Source of the DNA: Blastocystis sp. subtype 4
Lineage: Eukaryota
Assembly (NCBI RefSeq): GCF_000743755.1
Contig: NW_014569502.1
Location: forward strand, 1-47,186
Length of the DNA stretch: 47,186 nt
Direction of reading: 5' to 3'
Part shown: positions 13,804 through 26,500 of the stretch, piece after piece
How positions within the stretch are numbered: position 1 is the stretch's first letter
Layout: the number at the start of each line of letters is the position of its first letter
Notes under the pieces: model-generated
Databases searched by the model: none
The model's input: only the letters and a program-made list of their open reading frames with translations
Told to the model about the DNA's origin: nothing
Made by a program: the position numbers and the translations under genes

Positions 13804-15410
13804 AATCCATCTCGTTTACACCAGTATCTTCCTCCGAGTCACTCTCTCTCATGATTCTCAAGCGCTCCTGCATCTTCAAACGAATTTCATCATTTAGGGA
13901 CATCTTTAATTGTCGTTGTGTCTTAGTAATGCTCGACTCTCCTTCTCCTCCTTTCACAATTCTTTCAAGAGATTGAACAGGTTCCTCTTGCTTTTCCTTC
14001 TTTCTCTCTCTACACCTTACCTTCTTCCAGTTCTACTACTCGGTCGCCAAGATCCGTCGATTTGCACTCTGTCGCAGTTCCTCCATAAGTAGGGATTTCT
14101 GTTGTCGAATAGCAGGATCAACATCCTCCTACAGTTTAGTTGATCCACTCATCCGTACACCAATAGGAATACTTCGCACTTCAGCCACAGGTTCATTTGC
14201 CGAAGTGGAGAGAGGTGTCCCTAACGATCGCTGGATTCCATCGCGTGATTGATTTGTACTTCTACGACGGCGAGGAGGTGCAGCAGGCAAGGTTGGGGCT
14301 GCTGGTTGTGTTTCTATCACAGCTGGTGTTTTCTGAGCCTCTTTCAGAGATACCGCTGGCTCAGCCTCCACTGGTGATGGTATAGGCTGAATCTCTCTTA
14401 CAGATGGTGCTTTCTGAGTTTCTCTCGTAGATACCGCCGGCTGAGTCTCCATCACTTCCAATAATGACTGTGGCATAGGATGCGAAGTGGGCTCGATCGA
14501 TCTACGACGCACTTCCCTCGACCTTTCTTGAGTCGGTGGCTGGTACCCTGCTGGCTTTGAAAAGTCCATGACATAGTCGTCTACAGGGATCGGATTCGTA
14601 GATTCGAAATCATGTAAACCACGATGAGTAATTTCCTCTCTGCGAATAGGATTCTGAGAATAGATAGGTTCTGGAGGAGGATATGAAAGACCTTGCTGCA
14701 CGGAATTACGAAGCATTTCCAACTCTTCCGATTTCCTCCTACTCTCTTCTTTCACACGCTCCATTTGTTCCTAAACTGTAAGACATAACCAGGGACGACA
14801 AACCACTAATGCTTCTAACTGTTTTTGAATGATGTCAACTTTAGTTACAGTGACAGTATCTACATATTAACAAGAATTCAAAGACATCACCAGAACCATC
14901 ATATTCAGCTCGGTTACTCCGATTCTCCTGAAGTGACTGTACTAACTACACGTTAGGAATAGAGAAAAATACAACAGCTTTCCATTTGCTAATAATAAAA
15001 GACCCAGAAACAATCTCCAAGAACATGCGACCCACTTGTTCATAAGACAACATATTCTCCGCTCCAAACTCCTGCAATGTTAATAACTCGTATATTTACA
15101 CTTACAAGAATTGAATAATAGGGAGTATTGAACTGTTCCAGAATTCTCGCTTGATCTGCCTTGCATTGACGAATACTCTTTTGGTCCATCACTGCACTAT
15201 TTCTGTTCATATACTCTATACATCAAAAGACCAATAAACGGCAACGGGGATACGATTGTCGATATCCAAAACCACCAGAAACATCATCACTAGGATCTCC
15301 TGTCTGCATTTCAGCTCACAGGTTTCCTCACTGTGGAAATATAAAGGTGTCTTTAATTGAATGTTTGTAATTCCAAAAAGATCCCCGATTTGGGTCTTTG
15401 TGGATCTCAC
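13804..15410 (-). CDS. Hypothetical coiled-coil, Pro-rich protein with acidic C-terminus
   Basis: Exons join through ~30-nt introns. Internal 9-aa ETQPAVS-like repeats. Ends SDSEEDTGVNEMD-T four nt before TGTTTGTT. Start uncertain. Confidence 0.55.
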
Positions 15411-15507
15411 TAATTACGAAGGAGATGGGCGATTCAGAAGTGGAGCGAACACAGAGCATCTAGTTCACATCTCTATTTCAAATAAAAGGATGTAGAAGAA
15501 ACATGGT

Positions 15508-17326
15508 AAATGAATAACCCATACTTTAAAAGATTCACAACAGAATATTGCTCAATTAACACACTACGCAAACACTCAATACATACATAGAAATTGGCAA
15601 AATGAACTGTTCTCCAACACATTTGATATTTCACAGGATCCAGAGTTGCTCGAATGCTTGGACACGAAGCGGGAAGTGGAACAGAGAAATTGTTCATAGC
15701 CACATGCTGTAATCGCCCTTGATTACACACAAGATTGTACCAATTGTCCCGAAAATTGGGGGGTCTTAATTCAATGTAGGTAGATCGCGGAAGGAGGAAA
15801 ACAATCGTCGCAGCAGCCGCACCGTGAACAGAGATCAGGATATCAGTTTCCACAGTAGTTCGAACCTGTTCCTCCATGGGAATCTTGTGAATAAGAACCT
15901 GGTTAAAACGAAATCGATTCTATATCAACAGGTCTGCTTAGTCCTACCTTCATCGAGTCGAAAAGATGGATGACCTCGTCTGTATTGAGGACCTGCCTTC
16001 CGTTGCTCTTCGTATCTCGTGGCAGATATAATACATTAAGCTGAGTTGATTCCCTCTGATACAGGCGATCCACGTGGATAGCATAGTGCTTATAGGTAGC
16101 AGATCGTAGTACATCTCCCTCGTAGGGATATGGAAAGTATCCACCTCGACCGTCATGATCCACATGCCCACTAATAGTCTGAATAATAAGACAATCCAAA
16201 GACTACCAAGTGATTCCAACACAGAAAATGAGCTTTCTTCATCATATGAATGATATCTTCAGACACATGAAAATGAATCGCATTTGGTCCTGTTAATGGA
16301 TGTGTTGCTTTGAGAATATCGATGAATCCTTTTGTCCACTTAATTTCCTCTTTTCGAATGAATTGTGGGAGAAAGACATTTCGCATCTAGTGTTGAGATT
16401 GTTTCCAAATCCTACTGGAGGTAAGGCAGAAGGATTACTAGCTCGGTGATTCACAATCATAGCATTCTCAGCAAAATGAGAAGTATGTTGACTCCACCCA
16501 GGAATGATCATCCACGAACCATCACCCTCATACAGAACATGATCAAAATCACTGGAAGGGAAAGGGCCTGTGACACTCTTAAATTTCCAACGATGCTGAT
16601 ATCCTTTGAGTCTCTCCGAGAATGGATTATGCTGATGACTGTCTAGAAATACGATCAGATTACGGGTACCACGCTGCAGACATACATTTGAAAGATGGGC
16701 CCAATGAATGCCTTTGTTGTCATAGATGTGGATTGAAGAAAAGGGCGTACTTATTGTTAGATAATAAACTTGCACCAACTCATTCTCCTTATATTCTCCT
16801 CGGATACCTCTAGGAATCGAACTACAAGTGAACAATAGCTAATTAACATACTCGTTGTAATGAAGAAAAAGACACTGCTGCCTACGTTCAAATTCGAGAG
16901 ACCTAGTGCTAGGTTCCTTCTTACATTGTTACCAAGAATCGTTACTGTAATCGATACTGCTTGGATGACAATTACTCCCGGGAATTGAAGTAAACAAGTC
17001 AATGTATCGATTCCTAGGTAAACTACTATCGTTATTGGATCTGGGAGTGTCGATCCACTTCAATGAAGTCTCTATGATTATATTCACTTATTCATTGTAC
17101 TAGAAAAACGAACGACCCTTGATGAAGGATTAGAGTCCTTTTCTGCTTGGATAATGTGTTTTCGGAATTGAATAATAGGAACTTCTAATCATTATATTCT
17201 TTCTATGATATAATTACGAAAAGATATTGGAAACAAGGTCTGGATGAGAACTTCAATTAGGAAGATGAAGACAGCGCCACTACCCATGGAAACAACAAAC
17301 TGCCTCCCTGAAGATCTATCATTCAT
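15508..17326 (-). CDS. Glycosyltransferase family 61 (DUF563)-like, multi-exon
   Basis: [39 protein letters not shown] matches the GT61 HGA motif; [10 protein letters not shown]; hydrophobic N-terminus. Confidence 0.8.
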
Positions 17327-17412
17327 TCTAAAAGACAAAAGAAAAGAAACACTATGGATCAGAAGACTATCCTTGATCTAAAAGAACAGCAGTATGAACA
17401 AACAATAAGAAA

Positions 17413-18846
17413 CTAAAAGAAAGTCACATTGGGAGATTTCACGTTCATTAACCTTGAAGCTCTAGAGAGGGCACTTCCAGGAGTAAGGAAAAGAACATCA
17501 CACTTTGATAAGAGGAACATTTCCAAATAGACACGCATTAATCCAGCTTCAGTTGTCAACCGACCTGTATGCATTCGTGGTAAATCCCCAACAGTTTTCA
17601 CAATATTAGGATACAGACGAGTCATATTTCTCTCGACCTGCCTAGAATCCGTACTAAGAAAAATATAAGCATCCGGATGTTCCTGAAGAAAGTAGTTAAG
17701 AAGTCGAAGTCGCTCTTGAATCCGCTTCTCAGTCACTTCACTCGCATCATCTTTCCATACCGAGAGAGATCCAGCCATTCGAATATGCATTCCAATCATA
17801 AAATGATCCTTAAATAGTGTAAGAAATGGGTTGAGAAAAGACATCAGGAAGTCTGATGGTTGAAATACGGAACGTAAACATATCGGATACCAGGATCTGG
17901 TAGTTAAGAGAAGTGAAGAATTTCTGGGTTCATTTAGACGTTTAGTAAAATCGGAGAAAGAACGGTGGGTAGTAATAGAGCGTAGCATTGAAGATGATGA
18001 ATTGAAAATGACTGGACCTGCATAGAATGAATTAAATAATGAATTGCTAGTTACACCAGGAATAGAAGCCCGATTTGTATAGTCCACTAGAGTTACGGAC
18101 TGATTATTCACATCCACTGTTCGACTGTAACGATATAATTCTATTCATAATCAAATCAAACTATTGATACCAGAGTGAACTGGAAGGGTTGCAGGGAATG
18201 TTAGATTGAAGAGTGGAAAACGGAAAAAATGATTAGGAATTCCTGGAGCATTGACTACAAGTGAAATCAAAAGAATTGACCAACTTTGAATTGAACGATT
18301 ATTGACAATCCCTAACAAGAGAATGTCACAAACACCAAACAGTTGAGTCGCTATTCCAATAGATCCTTTCTTTTGATATATTATTTGATCTGTAGCATTG
18401 TGAATACTGTGTTTCTGAAAAGGAAGATAGTATGTATTCATATAAGATACAAAGGTATCTGATCCAGCTATCCATGTGGCATCCGAAGATTCGACAATTC
18501 TTGGACCTGTACTCATAGGAAGATAGTACGAATCAAGATCAAAATCTAGAGTTGACAAGCATGATTCGCTTCTCTCGCTCACTAGAAAATCAACTAAAAC
18601 GAATTCGATCATACACATCGAGAGAATTGTTCGCTCTTTCCACTGGATTGTTGAACACTTTGTTCCCCAAAGTCCAAACTTAATATACCCACTGTCAAAT
18701 CCCTAAACATGATAATCTCAACAAGAAACGACAGAAGGGACTACTCTGCAATCACTGTTCCTTCTTTCCACAACTGCAGGGACATAGACGAAAAACCCAA
18801 CTGTTACAAAAGTAGCTGTAGAGAGAAATAATAACCACGGATACAT
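17413..18846 (-). CDS. Alpha-1,2/1,6/O-fucosyltransferase superfamily protein (GT-B inverting)
   Basis: GIATQLFG, IGMHIRMAG, IFLSTDS, EMFLLSKCDVLFLTPGSALSRA motifs; signal-anchor. Further upstream exons up to ~19270 are possible. Confidence 0.75.
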
Positions 18847-19320
18847 AATAGCTCAGTCCAATCGCAAATCGAAAGAAGCAGTGTCCAGGAATATATATCT
18901 CGTAAAAATAAGGAAATGTGAATATACTATGTAGAGTCCATAATTATCAACTCATACTATACAAATCATTTAACATGATGATTCAGATACCTTTTGTTAA
19001 GACCCATAGGGTATCATGAAAGGAGCAATATTGAGTCATTAGAACTGTGTTAGCATCAATTAGGATTCTATTCTTCATGGGAACATGAAGTACAAAATGC
19101 TGATCAGGATCCAATATTCAATTATTGAATTGTGAACGCAAGATGAATATGCTAAGAACCACACCTTTTATTCAAATCAGAATGTTGATACTTCACATGT
19201 AAAAAGATACAGTGATCGATCAGAAGGCTTTCCATCATTATCTAAACGACGAATATTCTAGGAATCGTTCTTTCCATAAGAATACAACAACGTCAAAACC
19301 CGGTCAATCCAAAGAGAAGG

Positions 19321-20712
19321 ATGGATGGAAGTGAAGAATTCGTACTACAATTTTGTGAAATTGTAGGATGTGATCCAGAGCAAGCCGTTATGTATTTGGA
19401 CATGTCAGGAGGAAATCTAGATACAGCTGTTTCTCTCTACCTTGACAATAACACACCTGGTAATGATAATATCAATAACATCCAGGATCTATCCCACGAT
19501 GTTGAAGAACTCTCAGATGCTGATGTGGAGGAGAGTGGAGACCTTCGAAGAATCTATAATAGTCAGGGTAAACCTTGATATTGAAGTTTAATCACAGAAA
19601 TCTATCGTCCTGAGAATGCAAATGTTGGTTCGTATGCTGCCAATGTGTTTGCATCTTCTGAAGATAGTGGTAGGTGTTTTTATATAAGTATCATTCAAGA
19701 ACTTGCAAAACGCTTTGATTTACCTGAATCTATTAAAGGACCGTACCTTCTGGAGAAGGCAAGAGAACAGGCACTATATTCAGATCCAGTGAAATGGGTG
19801 TTGATGTGTCTTTTCGTACTTCTTAAAGTATATCCTGACTGGTAGAACAAAACGACCTTTGATAATGTACGTATTAATCGTGATATCTTCCACGATCCGA
19901 TGGTGATTGAGATTATGAAGGCGAATTTCATTGTTGTTCAAGTTTCATCTTGATTGATATGTCACTTGTAGCATTTTACTCCAGATGATCCAAGTGAATT
20001 ATGTGAGGGCAACCGTATTCGAAACTGTTATGGAATCACCACGCTCCCGTTTATTGGAATCATAAATCCATTATCAGGAGGAATGGAGCATCAAATTCCG
20101 GAGCGATACTTCCGGGATCCGTCCATGTTTATCGAACGAAGTTGTTATGAGTTGATTCTATGAAAACTAGTCACTGCTGAGTTAGAAAAGAATCCTACTA
20201 CCATAATTCCTCATGTAGCTCAGCCTTCCATTGAGATGCAAACTTCACGTCACAAAGCACCACTCACTCCTGCACGCATTGTACCGCTTACTCCGATTAT
20301 GCAACAACAGACACAGCCAGTTCCCAGACCGCAACTCGCTGAGATTCCTGTTCCTATGAATCCAACACCTGCTGTATTCCGGGATATAAGTACTACTCGT
20401 AAGTTTGTCGGGAAATGATCATATGTAGCTGGTATGGCTGCCTGTCGTATGCGTATTCGGTTGCCATCTTCTACTGCTACGCTTTGTGTAGTGAAGACAG
20501 CGACTCTTCGGGAATTAGCTGCCTACATTCAGCAGACGCAACCTGGACTAGAGGGATCTGAGATTGATATTCTGACTGGAAATCCTCCAGTTTCTATTAT
20601 GACAAATGTATTTGTGTTTACGGAAGTTGAATTGTAGCCTGAGCGAACGTTGGATGAAATGAAGTTAAATGGATCTGCTCTGATTGTCCGTACAGTTACA
20701 AATAGTTCATAG
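19321..20712 (+). CDS. UBX-domain p97 adaptor (UBA-like + UAS + UBX; UBXN7-like)
   Basis: FCEIVGCDPEQAVMYLDMSGGNLDTAVSLYL; KWVLM..NRDIFHDPMVIEIMKANF; CRMRIRLPS..TLDEMKL. Confidence 0.8.
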
Positions 20713-20751
20713 TATCAAGATTTGTTGAAGACACGACAATCACTTTTATCT

Positions 20752-21344
20752 ATGCAAGGAACTCAAATATATCGAAAAGAACTATCAAGACGTTTACTCT
20801 TTGGAGCGATCGGTGTTGTTGCTGTTTATCTTCTATTTGTCAGACCTGTGAATGCAGTGAAACCAATTGACGAGTGTGTGTTAAAGGATTGCGTAACACC
20901 ATAGAAAGATTAGAAATGAACAAAAGTCAAATGGTCAGAGTATTGTTGAAGAACCTGTCGTAAAGCCCATCTCTGCTCAGGAGCTGTATTTTATTTGTAC
21001 ACGTAGCAACGAATATCTACTTTTGGTCGATGCTCGTACTGAACAGGAATACCAAGCTGGCCATATTACAAGTAGTTTATCACTTGTCTCTCATTAAAGA
21101 AACGGATTATCCATAGAAAGCCTTCGAAGAGAGGGATCCTGATAATCTCCCCAAGATCCGTGTATTCTTCTATTCGAATGAGAATAAACGAAGTCAAGAG
21201 GTAGCAGCGATGTATGCAAGTCGAGGTGTAAATGCCTACTATGTGGAAGGAGGATTGTATGCCTGGAAACCAATTCAAGGGTAGATCTATATACCAAAAT
21301 CCATTTATAGACTTCTTCCTATTATTCGTGATGATCAGGAATGA
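20752..21344 (+). CDS. Membrane-anchored rhodanese-like protein, catalytic Cys absent
   Basis: N-terminal TM; LVDARTEQEYQAGHI; FFYSNENKRS loop; YVEGGLYAWK. Confidence 0.72.
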
Positions 21345-21415
21345 GTCAATAATTGTCTCAATGCATCCTCGAATAGTTGATTGTAATAATGATATGTTTG
21401 TTTAGAAAAGAAAAA

Positions 21416-21505
21416 TGGCGCAGGTCAGGCAGAATCGAACTGCTGGGCGTTTATTCCCCTACGGATTTGAAGTCCGCACCCAGCACCAGCTAGGGTCAGT
21501 CCTGC
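21416..21505 (-). tRNA. tRNA-Sec (UCA), 87 nt plus genomic CCA
   Basis: Eukaryotic 9/4 fold: 9-bp acceptor with U6.U67, 6-bp D-stem with UGGU loop, CU-UCA-AA anticodon loop, long variable arm, 4-bp T-stem with UUCGAUU loop, G73. Followed by a T-run. Confidence 0.93.
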
Positions 21506-21530
21506 ACTATATTGAATTCTTTCAACTTTC

Positions 21531-21536
21531 TATATA
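21531..21536 (-). promoter_or_regulatory. TATA-like box upstream of tRNA-Sec
   Basis: TATATA at -26 to -31 from the tRNA 5' end. Confidence 0.5.
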
Positions 21537-21608
21537 AGGATTAAAATTGAATAGTTGTCTCATAACTATTCTAGAATTGCTTGAATCATTGTATAAAACA
21601 AATAGACG

Positions 21609-23493
21609 AATCCGAAAACTCAAACCGAGAGTCGCTGGAATCACTTTCACTATCAGTTTGCATCACCTCAAGTCGACTACGCAGTAAATCAGCCAGTCCA
21701 GGAGTGTCACTTCTATCATGTTTTGGTGGTTCCTCAACTGGTCGAGAAGAACGATCCACTTTACGTAACTTAGAGAAGTCAAAGCCACGAATTTCGTCCA
21801 AAAGAGGATTCCCAGATCTTGGTGGAGGTTTCTCCGTCATCTTTTCGCCTTCTTCGGGAACAAAGAGATGTCCTCGTGTTTCTCCTCGCATAGTATTCAG
21901 GACTTCAGTTCCATAGCGTTCACTGCGCTGGCCTCCTCCAAGAGTTCCTGCTTTGCGGATGGTTCCAGCTCGATTCACAAGGGATCCCTTGGGCGACTGA
22001 ACACTGGAGCTTGCTGCTCTAGCAGCACGATCCAGACGGGAAGTACCAGCATTAGCAATCTCTTGAAGCAAACTTGCAGGCATAGCTCTTTTCGGAGGAG
22101 ATAGGTCGGGTTCACATGTGGAGTCGTGTTGAGAGAGAGGGTTGTGTATGTGTTCTGTATGTTCAACCTGTGAAGATGCTTTCTCTTCAATGTGCTTTTG
22201 ACGAGCTGCTGCTGCTGCTGCAAGATCGGTCAAAAATGGTAACGGACGACGAGGAGGATCTTGTGAAGGAGCAGAGGAAGAAGGAATATCTCTGGAAGAT
22301 ACATCTGTACTTACAGAAGTATTAGATTGAACCGTAAAGGCCACAGGAGGAGGAGGTGGCGGTACCGATCGCTGCAACTTGGGAGGTATTTGCAGGATAT
22401 CAACAGGAGGAGAATAGGCCGGAGAAACTTGACGAGAAAAGGATTCAGAAGGTGGACAACATATTGGCTGTGCAGGTGATGGCTGTTGAGGAAGAGACTG
22501 AGGAGGTGGAGTAGGTGAAGACTGAGGTGGAAGCAAAGACTGTTGTTGAGGTGGAGTAGGAGGTAAAGACTGAGGAGGTGGAGGCAGCGACTGTTGAGAA
22601 GGTAACGGCTGTGGAGCAGTTGATGGTGGTGGTAGAGAAGATGCCTTCTTGGATAAGGAAGAAGATAAGATGAGATCACTTCGTTCAGGCTGACTCTGAG
22701 AAAAGGAAGCTGACAAGCGAGGAGCACCCTCTTGATGCATAAACCTTTGAGCGATAGAAGAAAAGATAGAAGAAGATTGGCGTGGAGTTGTAATCGTCTT
22801 CTTGGCCTCCTCACGGGGATGAAGTACTGTCGATGAATTCTTCATATACGATGTATACTCACTTTCAAGAGAAACTGTCTACACTCTCAAATTGGTCACT
22901 AGAATGTACTTCATCCTCAATCAACTTGGAAATACATCGGAGATCAGGAACTGGATGTTTTTTCTTCTTACCAGATTGCGGAAGAGAAAAGAAATTGAAT
23001 GATTCATATGGCTTCTCTTTCCATTCCTCTAATCAAACACAATCACCATAAAGCAATACCTGCTGGCTCACTGTAGATATTTTCAATGTCACTGTAAAGC
23101 AGAAACCTTGATTTGGATTCCACTTGAGTTTCAAAGTCACTTATACTCTTCTGGGCTTTCGTAATCCTCTTATTCAAATCAAAGAATCTGCTTGATATCT
23201 CTTCAAAGATATCTTCACACTTTACACTTACAGTAACTACCCTCAAAGTCAAACAGAAATAAATACCTAACTGGTTCATGATTCCTAAAGATGTTGCCAC
23301 ATTCGTTGTTCGCAAGGAGGTTGGAACATCAGAAGTGGCATTGTTCCGAAGATACTGGAGAACATTCGGATCTACGTCCAACAGGATAGAATGATCATTC
23401 ATTTCCATTCTAGTAACAGGTAGTTCCTGTATGAATAACAAGTGACAAAAACAGCTGATATTATACCATTCCAAATAATCCCTTAGATTCCAT
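21609..23493 (-). CDS. WAVE/SCAR-family actin nucleation-promoting factor
   Basis: WHD-like TNVATSLGIMNQL..KCEDIFEEISSRFFDLNKRI; basic patch; polyproline; WH2 NPLLDEIRGFDFSKLRKV; C helix LADLLRSRL; acidic tail. Confidence 0.82.
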
Positions 23494-23509
23494 ATCTTCT
23501 GATAGAGCC

Positions 23510-26500
23510 ATGGATTCGAAAGAAGCACGACGGGCTAAGAAACATGGGAACCCAGTAGAGTTATCAGAAGAACTAAAAAAGGAATTGGGCGAGGGTGCTG
23601 ATGTAGTTCTTGACTCTAAGAAGATTTCCAAAGAAGAGAAGAGGAGACAAAAACTTCGAGAAGAAAAAAAGATGTTGAAAGAACAACGGAAGGGAAAACG
23701 TGCTGCGAAGCGTGAAGCACTTGAAGTATCCTTTTATTGTATTTGTTAATCATTATTAGAAGAAGAAGCAACGGAAAATACAACATGATACGGTAATGGC
23801 AGAGATTGAGAAGAAACAGTTAAGCAAAGACAAGCTTACTGTATTCAAATCGAGTGGAACACTTGGAAAGAAGCAAACAAAGAGAGACAAAGTGAAACAT
23901 GCATTCTACAAGGAGAAACTGGGTTTGAAATTGAATGAAGACGAAAAGTCGGCTCTGTTTGTGGAAAAGGAAGTTGTTCCAAATCCTATTCCTGAAATAC
24001 AAGAAGAAACAATGTCGACTTCAGAACCTGAACCTGTACCTGAACCTGCACCAATGATTCCAAATGAATCTCAGAACATGATGGAAATCGATACTCAAAT
24101 AATGGAAAGCGAGGAGAGTGAACCTCAGGGTCCTACATATGTTGAACAAGTGGCTTCTATTGAAGCAGCAGCTCCAACAGGTCTGACTATCCGTCTTAAT
24201 GATGATGATTTGGAAGATGTCCGTCGTCTCAATGAAGATCTAGCAACAGAAGTCCCTGAGGCACTGCGAGGAAAAGCCTATTTTGTGAAAGTCACTCGGA
24301 AGCCAGAGATTGAAAAGGCAAGAAGCAGTCTTCCTGTATGTGGAATGGAACAAGAAATCATGGAATCGATTGGATATCATGACGTAGTGATTGTATGTGG
24401 AGAGACAGGAAGTGGAAAGACAACCCAAGTAAGATAGAATGAATGAGTAAACACAAGATACCTCAATTCCTTTACGAAGCTGGTTATGGTCATGAGGGAA
24501 GTAAACATCCAGGCTTAGTGGGTGTAACCCAACCTCGTCGTGTAGCTGCTGTATCTATGGCTCGTCGTGTAGCAGAGGAATTGAATACAACATGTAGCAC
24601 TTCAGGTGAAGTAGGTTATCAAATTCGATATGACAGTCATACTGTCGGGAAAGATTGTAAGATCAAGTTTATGACAGATGGAATATTGTTGAAAGAAGTA
24701 TAAACACAAACGGATGTTTATCCGTAGATTCAATCAGATCTTCTTCTTCGAAAGTATTCTGCCATCATTCTTGATGAGGCCCATGAACGCAATCTCAATA
24801 CAGATCTCCTTTTGGGACTCCTTTCCCGTGTCATTCCATTACGTGCATCCATGGCTACAACGAACCCAAATATCGTTCCTTTGAAACTAATTATCATGTC
24901 TGCTACACTCCGTGTGACAGACTTCCAAAACCCTGTGTTGTTTCCAACTCCTCCGCCTGTCATCCATGTGGAAGCTCGACAGTATCCTGTTGGTGTTCAT
25001 TTTGCAAAGAAGACAGAGTTGGTGGACTATGTTGGAGCTGCATACAAGAAAGTGGTCCAGATTCACAAGCGGTTGCCTGAAGGAGGAGTACTAGTGTTTC
25101 TAACAGGACAACAGGAAATTGAAGAACTATGTGGACGTCTACAACGTGTGTAGGTAAAAGAGAAAGAGACTCACAATCAGCTTCTCACCAGCTGCTGTAG
25201 CCAAGAGGAAGAAGGAGTTGGAAGAAGAAGAGCGAGAGGAAGCTGGCAAAGTCCTTTCTACGAATGAAACAACTCCTCAAGGACCATCGGTATTCGTCCC
25301 TCCAAAGAATGCTCAGGGAGAAGAGGATGTAGAAGTAGATGGATTGACTGGATTCTCAGACAGTGATGAGGAAGATGAAATGGACGAAGTTCCCGAAATA
25401 GACGGGTTTTATGGAAGTGCAGATGCCAATACATCTCCTATGCATATTCTTCCTCTGTATTCACTATTAGAAGAGAAGAAACAACTTCGTGTATGGGAGC
25501 CTGTTCCTGAAGGTACTCGTCTGGTGGTTGTGGCTACCAATGTGGCTGAGACAAGTATCACTATTCCTGGCATAAAATACGTGGTGGATAGTGGTCGTGC
25601 CAAAGAGAAGGTGTGGGAGAAGGAAACAGGGATTTGTGAGTATAAGGTGAATATTAAGTGAGGAAATGATGAATAGGTTCAATGGATCAGCAAAGCATCT
25701 GCTATGCAACGTCAGGGTCGTGCTGGCCGAGTGGCACCTGGTCATTGCTATCGTCTGTACTCAGCTGCAGTCTTCCAACAACAGTTCCCAGAGTTTGATG
25801 TTCCTGAGATCTGTCGAACTCCTCTAGAGGATACGGTGCTTCTAATGAAGCATATGAACATTGCCAATATTGAGAGTTTCCCATTCCCTTCACCTCCGGA
25901 AAAAGGCTCAATTCTTGCTGCTTTGTCCATGTTGAAGGCTTTAGGAGCTCTGAATGATCGTAATGAGATCAGTGCATTGGGAGAAGAAATGATGAAATAT
26001 CCTGTTGGAGTGCGTTATGCCAAGATGGTTGTGTTGGCTCAGGACAGACTTGAAGTGTTGCCTCTGGTTATTGGCATCATTAGTGCACTCACTGGACGAT
26101 CACCCATCATTCGTCCTGAGGAACTGCTGAATCGGCGTTTAGGTGAAGAGGAGACAGGTCAAGAGAAGGATATTTCAAGTGAGGAAGAAGAGAAGAACCA
26201 AGAACCAAAGGAAGATGAGGAATTGAAGCGATGCAGAGCGAGTTTGAATATGTGGAGAGATGCTTCTTCAGATGCCTTATCACTTCTCCGATTATTAGGA
26301 GCTTATTTACATGCAGATGCTCCTTCATACTTCTGCCAACAGTATTTTCTTCGGGAGAAAGTAGGAAGAGGAAGGATTGTATAATCTAGACGGTTCGTGA
26401 GATGGCTGAATTACGAAGACAGATCATTCGCATCATTTTGAATCAGAAATCAGAGTTAGCTCCTCTTTTATCCAAGCCAATTGTACCTCCTTCTCCATCA

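Noticed and set aside
18975..19103. C/D box snoRNA (ATGATGA...CTGA)
   Set aside because: No terminal stem or recognisable guide; the region may be upstream exons of the minus-strand fucosyltransferase-like gene.
21416..21505. Opal suppressor tRNA-Ser or tRNA-Trp
   Set aside because: The 9/4 acceptor-T fold, 6-bp D-stem and 4-nt D-loop are specific to tRNA-Sec.
22480..22620. GGAGG/GACTG tandem-like repeats as a repeat array or CRISPR
   Set aside because: They encode the Pro/Gln/Ser low-complexity region of WAVE and have no repeat-spacer structure.
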